From: a virus
Virus record (IMG/VR): IMGVR_UViG_3300027792_000010
Reading direction: 5' to 3' (one strand)
DNA length: 64,000 nucleotides
A program made the position numbers and the translations under genes. Positions 40,596 to 47,254 of this stretch are shown here, piece by piece; position 1 is the first letter of the stretch; every line of letters begins with the position of its first letter. The notes under the pieces were generated by a model that did not search any database, was not told the origin of the DNA, and saw only the letters and a program-made list of their open reading frames with translations.

Positions 40596-40806
40596 GTAAT
40601 CTGTTTTTATTACCCCATGTATCTGTTTGAGTATGGCAGTTAGGGCATAACATTATTATGTTTTCCAATTTATTATTTTTTTATTTCCATCTTTATGATG
40701 CAGCTGAATAGCTATTTCTATACCATTCCACGAAACTATATTACAATTTTCACACTTATTTGATTTGTAACCATATTCTATAAGTTTATTCTTAAATTTA
40801 TAATTA

Positions 40807-41037
40807 TTACTTATTTGAATACCTATCCGAATACCAATCTAATCTCTTAATAACTTCATCTCTATACTCTGGTCCATAAATATCTCCGACCGAGGTGCTG
40901 ACTCGTTCTCTGGTAGTTTTATATTTCCACTTATGTTTTACTGAAGCATCGTAGAAATGGGTCCAACTTACCATCATGTTATTTTTCTTCAATATCTCCA
41001 GGATATACTCAAGAGGTATACCTAAAATTGAAGACAT
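40807..41037 (-). CDS. hypothetical protein
   Basis: short ORF. Confidence 0.5.
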   Translation of the reverse strand: MSSILGIPLEYILEILKKNNMMVSWTHFYDASVKHKWKYKTTRERVSTSVGDIYGPEYRDEVIKRLDWYSDRYSNK

Positions 41038-41187
41038 AGGCTCAAAGACTCCTGATACGATCAGCTTACCATCATCAGTTTCACCTACAACTGTTAAGGT
41101 AACAGTACTCCGTTTGCTTTTAGCATGGGGGTGTCTCCTTTTCTATTTATATTACAAGTTTTTCATATGGATTACAATTATTTTAAA

Positions 41188-41271
41188 CAAGTGCGGAGGG
41201 ACTCGAACCCCCACAGACTCAAAGAGTCACGGTTTTGGAGACCGCTGAACTACCTATTATTCTACGCACTT
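41188..41271 (-). tRNA. tRNA-Trp(CCA) with long variable arm
   Basis: GCGGT-CTCCAAA-ACCGT; V region GACTCTTTGAGTCT; A1-U72, G73. Confidence 0.85.
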
Positions 41272-41463
41272 ATGTTTATTTTCATGTATGTCATGTACAC
41301 TATAGACAATTGTGGTAATTTTTTCTGCTTGATTCAATATTGATATTAATCTTTGTTTTATCTTTTCGTCAGTGGCAGATAGAAGTAATAGTTCAGCATT
41401 TCCGATGATACAGCATAGAGCGTTACAGATATCATGATGTTCTTTCATGATTAACCCCCTCAT
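41257..41463 (-). CDS. stand-alone HisKA-like phosphoacceptor fragment
   Basis: HDICNALCCIIGNAELL resembles H-box HD.NN.L..I.G.AEL. Confidence 0.55.
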   Translation of the reverse strand: MRGLIMKEHHDICNALCCIIGNAELLLLSATDEKIKQRLISILNQAEKITTIVYSVHDIHENKHKCVE

Positions 41464-41552
41464 TAGATGTTAGTAGAGTCACATAGGGGTATTATATGGG
41501 TCTGCGTATAATAGTATTAAATAAATTAATGTATTATTATAAAGTAAAGAAA

Positions 41553-41636
41553 TGGTGTCCGAGGAGGGACTCCAACCCCCATGCCATAAGCGGCAGGGCT
41601 TAAACCTGCTGTGTCTAGCAATTCCACCACTCGGAC
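41553..41636 (-). tRNA. tRNA-Leu(UAA)
   Basis: GCAGG-TTTAAGC-CCTGC, long V arm, CCA; C19/G56 swap. Confidence 0.88.
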
Positions 41637-41643
41637 AAATATA

Positions 41644-41755
41644 TGGTGGTAGAGAGAGGATTTGAACCTCTGTACCCCGAAGGGAGCGGATTTGCTAAGT
41701 TCACCGCTCGGATGAACTTAACAGTCCGCCGCTTTTTCCACTCAGCCACTCTACC
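41644..41755 (-). tRNA. tRNA-Tyr(GUA) with 27-nt hairpin insertion in the anticodon (41694-41720)
   Basis: GCGGA-CTGT[27 nt]AAA-TCCGC, long V arm, G1-C72, A73, CCA. Confidence 0.88.
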
Positions 41756-41770
41756 GTTAATTTAAAAAAT

Positions 41771-41856
41771 TGGTGCGTTCGAGAGGACTTGAACCTCCAC
41801 GGGTATATGCCCAGTAGCTTTTGAGGCTACTGTGTCTACCGTTCCACCACGAACGC
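41771..41856 (-). tRNA. tRNA-Leu(CAA)
   Basis: GTAGC-CTCAAAA-GCTAC, CCA. Confidence 0.93.
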
Positions 41857-41868
41857 AAAAAAGGTTAG

Positions 41869-41951
41869 TGCGGATGATAGGATTCGAACCTACACAGGAT
41901 GACTCCCAATAGAACCTCATTCTATCGTGGCTACCATTACACCACATCCGC
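41869..41951 (-). tRNA. tRNA-Leu(GAG)
   Basis: ATAGA-ATGAGGT-TCTAT, long V arm, A73. Confidence 0.88.
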
Positions 41952-41970
41952 ATATAAAATATTTTCTAAT

Positions 41971-42195
41971 TTAGAATCCTCTATTAGTTCCTTCTCCAGG
42001 AGGTACAAACATCATCCCCGGCATCCATCCAACATTCTTAGGGGTTTTATTTGTGCCTTTAGGAGCTAAGTCACTATAGGAGGAATGAATAGCTTTAGTG
42101 TTTTGAGTAGGAACTATATCGCTACTCTCAATATTATCTCTTGTTGTTATATTCTGTTTTTGAACCAAATTCATTAATTCCTGTACTTTAGACAT
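41971..42195 (-). CDS. hypothetical protein
   Basis: start MSKVQ with AAGGAG; the longer start overlaps tRNA-Leu. Confidence 0.55.
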   Translation of the reverse strand: MSKVQELMNLVQKQNITTRDNIESSDIVPTQNTKAIHSSYSDLAPKGTNKTPKNVGWMPGMMFVPPGEGTNRGF

Positions 42196-42210
42196 CTTAT
42201 ACTCCTTAAT

Positions 42211-42295
42211 TGCTAGTAGAGGGGCTCGAACCCACACGGGGAAAATCCCCACAAACTTCTAAGGCTTGCGCGGCTACCAGTTACGCCATACTAGC
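42211..42295 (-). tRNA. tRNA-Leu(UAG)
   Basis: CAAGC-CTTAGAA-GTTTG, long V arm, A73. Confidence 0.9.
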
Positions 42296-42308
42296 ATAAA
42301 AGATATTA

Positions 42309-42481
42309 ATCGAAAATTAAGAGGGTCTTATACGAGTTATCAGAGCGTTAATGAAAGCTTATAGGCTTTTGCGGTTACCATTTCGCCATCCCTGCGTAAA
42401 GATGCAGGGACCAGGATTCGAACCTGGAAATTTTAATGTATGCTCGTAAAGTTAGAGTATAAAACCCACTTAATACTCGAT
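42309..42481 (-). ncRNA. circularly permuted tRNA-like RNA (or Y-RNA-like)
   Basis: order T arm, TCCCTGC-A, 7-nt linker, GCAGGGA, D arm, anticodon-like hairpin; flanks pair (42457-42467 with 42323-42333). Confidence 0.75.
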
Positions 42482-42487
42482 TATTTT

Positions 42488-42563
42488 TGGAGGCGGTGAT
42501 GGGCCTCGAACCCACATACTCGGTTTTGCAGACCGATGCATGAACCTATTCTGCTACACCGCC
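42488..42563 (-). tRNA. tRNA-Cys(GCA)
   Basis: TCGGT-CTGCAAA-ACCGA, U73, CCA. Confidence 0.95.
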
Positions 42564-42576
42564 CTATTTATAGATG

Positions 42577-42621
42577 GGCTATATTCCTGCGGAGCAATAC
42601 TGCTCGTACAGGAATGTAGCC
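42577..42621 (-). other. long hairpin upstream of tRNA-Cys
   Basis: GGCTA-C-ATTCCTG..GAGCA-GTAT-TGCTC..CAGGAAT-A-TAGCC. Confidence 0.6.
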
Positions 42622-42779
42622 ATTTATTTAGAAACAGTTATTTCCGTTTCACAAAGTGCTTATTACATCGAACCATGACTGTCAAAGAACTTAAAAACAA
42701 CCTACCAGATCATATAGCACCTTGGCGTAACCTCGCCTACCACAACTCCGATCTGGCCCAGGGGCACTGCCGGGCTATG

Positions 42780-42965
42780 TTATTTCATAGTTTCTGGTTG
42801 TATTTTAATTACTCGTACCCTATCAAGTCTTTTACGTATCTTATCTTCAGGGAGCATAGAAACTAATCTTCGTGCCTCCGCTTTACTCAGACAAATACGT
42901 TTCTCTATAATTCCATCTATCAATTCTTTAGCTTTCTTATCTTCTATATCCATATTATCCTCCAA
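42780..42965 (-). CDS. small S4-like RNA-binding-domain protein
   Basis: ICLSKAEARRLV resembles the S4 motif SxSEARRLI. Confidence 0.5.
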   Translation of the reverse strand: MEDNMDIEDKKAKELIDGIIEKRICLSKAEARRLVSMLPEDKIRKRLDRVRVIKIQPETMK

Positions 42966-42970
42966 GTACT

Positions 42971-43009
42971 AAAACAAAAAACCCCGCTTCAGTTTCCTGG
43001 GCGGGGTTT
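42971..43009 (-). terminator. intrinsic terminator of attenuator 1
   Basis: AAACCCCGC...GCGGGGTTTTTT; 5' arm can instead pair with TGGGTGGG (43047-43054). Confidence 0.85.
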
Positions 43010-43037
43010 CGTATTTTTTCTGGTTTACCAGTTTACG

Positions 43038-43151
43038 TCAAGTTTTCCCACCCACCACTATATTATTACAGAGTAAATATGACAATAACCATGCGGCTGC
43101 TGTATGCAGCTTGGTCATTGTCGAACATAGTGTAGAATGGACTTTTTTCAT
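43038..43151 (-). CDS. 37-aa leader peptide of tRNA array 1 (MKKVHSTLCSTMTKLHTAAAWLLSYLLCNNIVVGGKT)
   Basis: between promoter and terminator; 21 of codons 5-28 are cognate to downstream tRNAs. Confidence 0.85.
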   Translation of the reverse strand: MKKVHSTLCSTMTKLHTAAAWLLSYLLCNNIVVGGKT

Positions 43152-43179
43152 TTTAAATACCTATTACCTTTCAATTTAT

Positions 43180-43208
43180 AATATACCATTTTGTAGAACC
43201 AAGATCAA
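43180..43208 (-). promoter_or_regulatory. sigma70-type promoter TTGATC-N17-TATATT for leader 1
   Basis: 25/29 identical to the leader-2 promoter; extended -10 TG. Confidence 0.8.
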
Positions 43209-43393
43209 GAAAATATTTCAGAATCTTTTTTGAGCCACATTTCCTTTAGGCTTTTTATGGCTTCCGTGCATATAGTGTTGTTTACTGAATTTTTCTCCAT
43301 AAGGGATATGAAATTCCAGGTTGTTTTTAATTCTTCCCTGGTTTTGCTACCAAGGACCATCCGTGCGGCTTTATCGTATAGGTCCTGTTCCAT
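43205..43393 (-). CDS. hypothetical protein
   Basis: short ORF. Confidence 0.5.
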   Translation of the reverse strand: MEQDLYDKAARMVLGSKTREELKTTWNFISLMEKNSVNNTICTEAIKSLKEMWLKKDSEIFS

Positions 43394-43641
43394 AATGGCT
43401 GTAATTACTCCTCAACTTTTAGATACTTCCTCAGCTTATTTGCTGCCAGGATGTATTGCTCTCTTAACTCATGAAATATTTTATCATTGATTTCTTCGAA
43501 TCTTGAGTAGTGTATAAAGGTATAGTCAAAACCTTCCTGGCCTACTCTCTGTGCTACTTTTTTTCTATCCTCTTCTTTCATAACAGCTCCTTTTAATTTT
43601 AAAATAGGGCTTTAATAATATACTTTTTTAAATGATAGAGA

Positions 43642-45063
43642 TCAAATTTTGTTTTTTATAGTTTCTACTAAATACTTTATCCTTTTCTCCTGAATGTCTC
43701 TAACTTTTGGGTCTGACTCCACTACCGTATTATGTATATAGCAAAACCAAAATAACTCTTCGTGGAACTTCTCCAAGTCTTTATACCACTTTTCTACTTT
43801 TGGATCAACATACTCATGATGTCTTTCCCATTTCAAATCAACATATGAAACCCAGTCATTTAACGATGAAGGCTTTGGCATCCCTCTTTTTACGCATTCA
43901 GTGTATACATCGGTATTGGGAGTAGGTATCAATTTTTTTATATTTACCTGGGCCATCCCATTCTCTAATAACAAATTAATCATTGTAATATACGTGCATT
44001 TTATGTCTTGTAAGGTTTCTTCTGGAAATCCCGCTATGAAATTGTAATTTACTATGATATCAAAATCTCTTAGTCTACGATTGATTGTAAGAACCATATC
44101 TGTTTTGTGCTTCTTACCAATTATTTTTAGCATCCTATCAGAACCAGTTTCAGCACTTATCCCTATAGTTTTTATTCCGCATTTTTGTAAAAGTTCTATA
44201 TGGATAGGTAACATATTATATAGTATCGTAACGGGAATAGATACATATACTTCAAACTTAAGATTAGATGCTATTATTGCTCTAATGTAATTCATAGCAT
44301 TTGTATTAACAAAAAAGTTATCATCAGCTATAACTAATGCTCTAAATCCTATATCCCATATATTCCTTAGATGCCTAATCATATTGTCTATACTCATGCA
44401 TCTGAATTTTGTTCTAAAGTTGTTCTGTACGCAATAGTAGCAGGAGAGGGGACATCCTCTCGTTATTTCTATGGTGGCTACTTTGTCTGAGCTAAATTTG
44501 TAAAAAGGATTTGTAGTAGGATTCTGAAATTTATCTAATGATAAGTCTTCGTAAGACAAAAGTGGTAATTCATCTAAATCAAAGTTCTCTGGATCTGCCT
44601 CTGTCTTTTGTACTTTTCCTTTTACTTTGTAGTAGATACCTGGAATTTTACTCAAATCTTCTTTATGCTGTATACTTAGTACTAACTTTGTTATCGTTCT
44701 TTCAAACTCACCAACACAAACTATATCTATATATTCATTCTCAATAGTTTGTTCTGGGGTGAGTGTCGGATGTATTCCTCCCCAGATTATAGTAATTCCT
44801 GGGTGCTTTTCTCTTATTTGTTTTGAAAGAGTGAGGGCCTCAGATATTTGAGGCCCTGTCATAACGCTAAACCCGCAACATACCGTATCATCTTTTATAT
44901 GGTCCTCAATATCATCTACAAGATCGATATTTGCGAAACCACTTGAAGTACAGTAAATCTCTGAAGATATGTTGCTCTTCTTAAGTATCGAGCTTAGGTG
45001 TAGTAATCCTAATGGAGGAGAACTTAGAGGATTATCTTTACAGGGGTAAATAAATAGTACCAT
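43642..45063 (-). CDS. B12-binding radical SAM protein
   Basis: PPLGLL.L, WGGIHPT, VGEFE, RGCPLSCYYC, ETGS, FIAGFPEET. Confidence 0.9.
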   Translation of the reverse strand: MVLFIYPCKDNPLSSPPLGLLHLSSILKKSNISSEIYCTSSGFANIDLVDDIEDHIKDDTVCCGFSVMTGPQISEALTLSKQIREKHPGITIIWGGIHPTLTPEQTIENEYIDIVCVGEFERTITKLVLSIQHKEDLSKIPGIYYKVKGKVQKTEADPENFDLDELPLLSYEDLSLDKFQNPTTNPFYKFSSDKVATIEITRGCPLSCYYCVQNNFRTKFRCMSIDNMIRHLRNIWDIGFRALVIADDNFFVNTNAMNYIRAIIASNLKFEVYVSIPVTILYNMLPIHIELLQKCGIKTIGISAETGSDRMLKIIGKKHKTDMVLTINRRLRDFDIIVNYNFIAGFPEETLQDIKCTYITMINLLLENGMAQVNIKKLIPTPNTDVYTECVKRGMPKPSSLNDWVSYVDLKWERHHEYVDPKVEKWYKDLEKFHEELFWFCYIHNTVVESDPKVRDIQEKRIKYLVETIKNKI

Positions 45064-45066
45064 TAA

Positions 45067-45510
45067 CTATCTCCACCAAGTTAATAAAATAGGCCCTATA
45101 TGGATGCCCTCACACCATTTGTACACTGTGCCTATATTTTTTCCATCTATAGGGCGTGTTACTATATGACAGCCGAATCCCCAATCAAACGGGGTGAAAT
45201 GGATTCCAACATCATTTATCTTATCATATACCTTATACCACCACTTTTTTTCTTTCTCTTTCCTCTTATTCTCAAACTCTGTATACTTTTTGTCTTCTAC
45301 ATATACATCGGGCTCTGCAGCTTTCATCTTGTCTAGTAACTTAATGATGTCCTCAAGATGGCTGTCAGAGAAGTCAAAACAAATCCCAGTACCCTCATCA
45401 TCCGCATTTCCCTCATCTACTTTAAAAGGCTCCCAGATTGTATATCCAATTCCATCAGGATACTTAACTTTCTCTCCACGCATTTTTCCAGATTTATGTA
45501 TATTTCTCAT
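45067..45510 (-). CDS. hypothetical protein
   Basis: ORF with overlapping start/stop. Confidence 0.6.
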   Translation of the reverse strand: MRNIHKSGKMRGEKVKYPDGIGYTIWEPFKVDEGNADDEGTGICFDFSDSHLEDIIKLLDKMKAAEPDVYVEDKKYTEFENKRKEKEKKWWYKVYDKINDVGIHFTPFDWGFGCHIVTRPIDGKNIGTVYKWCEGIHIGPILLTWWR

Positions 45511-45734
45511 TTCATCCTAGCTTTATAATAAGGCCAAAAACTCTCATCAGAGGGATTCCACAATCCTTTGTAGTCGCTGATATTCCAGGATTCAAAATAC
45601 TTCCTGTAGGTTTTTCCGTTTGGAATATCGTGAGTATGACGAATAATACGGTTGGCATAGTTTTTAATAAAACGCTTGTAGGAACTCCCTTCATTGCAGG
45701 ATTCCCAGAGATGCTTTTTGTATGAACGAGACAT
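45507..45734 (-). CDS. small basic phage protein
   Basis: MSRSYKK..K..ANR.IR. Confidence 0.6.
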   Translation of the reverse strand: MSRSYKKHLWESCNEGSSYKRFIKNYANRIIRHTHDIPNGKTYRKYFESWNISDYKGLWNPSDESFWPYYKARMK

Positions 45735-45772
45735 ATGAAACTCCTTGTTAAGGTGCTACATATAGTCCTCCT

Positions 45773-46054
45773 TTAGTCAGTTAATGATGTATCTACTTCA
45801 ACACTATGAATAAACCAATTCATATATATATTTAATTCATAAATCATTCTTTCTGTTACCGACGGTACCTTCTCCCGTATTTTGTTAAAGCACTGTTCTT
45901 TATTAATCTTTAACTCCAAATAAGAAAAATGGACCTCGGTATTCGGGTCCTTACATTTAATACAAAATAATTGATTTCTTCTTCTTAGAGAATTATCGAC
46001 GCTTCTATCGTAGTAGGTAAACCAAAAACTTCTATCCCACCGACTGTAGGCCAT
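45773..46054 (-). CDS. hypothetical protein
   Basis: MAYSRW start, AGGA RBS. Confidence 0.55.
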   Translation of the reverse strand: MAYSRWDRSFWFTYYDRSVDNSLRRRNQLFCIKCKDPNTEVHFSYLELKINKEQCFNKIREKVPSVTERMIYELNIYMNWFIHSVEVDTSLTD

Positions 46055-46324
46055 GTCAATCCTTTTTGTATTTTATCTTGATAATATTCATTATGTAGTC
46101 ATATCCGTCTTCTGTATGAGGCAAATTACATTCCGAACAATATTTTATTCCATTATCCAAGGTCTTGTAATTTCCTCCACAATCTGAAAACGGATAACAT
46201 GGACAAAAACAAAATAAACAATTGATTTCTTTAAACTTATGACATGGGTAGTATCCGCATCCCAGATTAGTGAAAAACTAGTAACTACTCATAGTCCTGA
46301 TTCATAGTCCATATGAATAGATCA

Positions 46325-47191
46325 TTAAAATAGAATACTCCCCTCATTATCCCATCTTGTGTATAGTTTACAGTTCGGTCTAAGGACCAGATATTTGACG
46401 GGTCCTACTGCCAACCCTGTACTCATACTATTTGAGTCTATTACCGTTGAGATACCTTTATAGCTATATCTAACAGCCCCAAAAGGCAACTTCTCCAGGG
46501 GTTCACCATTTCTTAGAATAAAGTCATCCAATTCTTTTTTATTTTTATACTGGTGCTCATTGATCCATATATTCTGAGGAAGAGTCTCATCTCCCGAAGT
46601 ATATAGACATCGGAAAGTTATTTGATCTGCTCCTAATCTTTTTGCCCTGTTAAAGAATTCTTCGAAACCCACATAATCATAGACACTACTCATGTTCAGA
46701 GATAGTCTGAGCATAAATCCGTTAGTCTTAATTATGCGACATAAATCTTCCATATCGAATCTAAACGATTGCAGTGTGCCCTCAATCTCGGCATTGCTGT
46801 AACTATCAAATAGGTCAGCTACACTCAAACTGATCGTAGAAACTCCTATATCTTTAAGAAACATGAGCTTTTTTTCATCAAGACCCACACCACTGGTTTG
46901 CAGTTCTATCAAGCGGAAGGGAGATGTAAGCTTATTATTCAGTTGAGAAAACTTATTAAGAAAAGCGGCATTCAAAGCGGCTTCACCCTCTCCTGTGAGT
47001 ATTGCACAGTTACAATGATTGTCACGGGCAAAAGCTAACCTGTACATATACGCTTGTTCATATCTTGCTTGTTCAAGGTGGTGTCCGGTAAGAAGATTAG
47101 TATAAGGACTATCGTGCATCTGACTCACACAGAATTTGCATTTGTTGGGACATTTACCAGGGACACAGATCGACAGACTTTGAATTTCCAT
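46325..47191 (-). CDS. radical SAM protein
   Basis: CPNKCKFC (CxxxCxxC), LTGEGEA. Confidence 0.85.
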   Translation of the reverse strand: MEIQSLSICVPGKCPNKCKFCVSQMHDSPYTNLLTGHHLEQARYEQAYMYRLAFARDNHCNCAILTGEGEAALNAAFLNKFSQLNNKLTSPFRLIELQTSGVGLDEKKLMFLKDIGVSTISLSVADLFDSYSNAEIEGTLQSFRFDMEDLCRIIKTNGFMLRLSLNMSSVYDYVGFEEFFNRAKRLGADQITFRCLYTSGDETLPQNIWINEHQYKNKKELDDFILRNGEPLEKLPFGAVRYSYKGISTVIDSNSMSTGLAVGPVKYLVLRPNCKLYTRWDNEGSILF

Positions 47192-47254
47192 TAAGTACTC
47201 CTTAGTTTAATTCCCAGTAATATACTTTTTTGGAATAGGGATATCAAATTTTTG

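Noticed and set aside
34980-41720. Archaeal BHB or group I intron explanation for the two 27-nt inserts
   Set aside because: Splice sites fall in a helix rather than in 3-nt bulges; far too short for a ribozyme.
41644-41755. Reading the interrupted tRNA as Cys(GCA)
   Set aside because: Long V arm and A73 fit Tyr; a canonical Cys gene lies at 42488-42563.
41762-41953. 63-aa ORF
   Set aside because: Consists of tRNA-Leu gene sequence.
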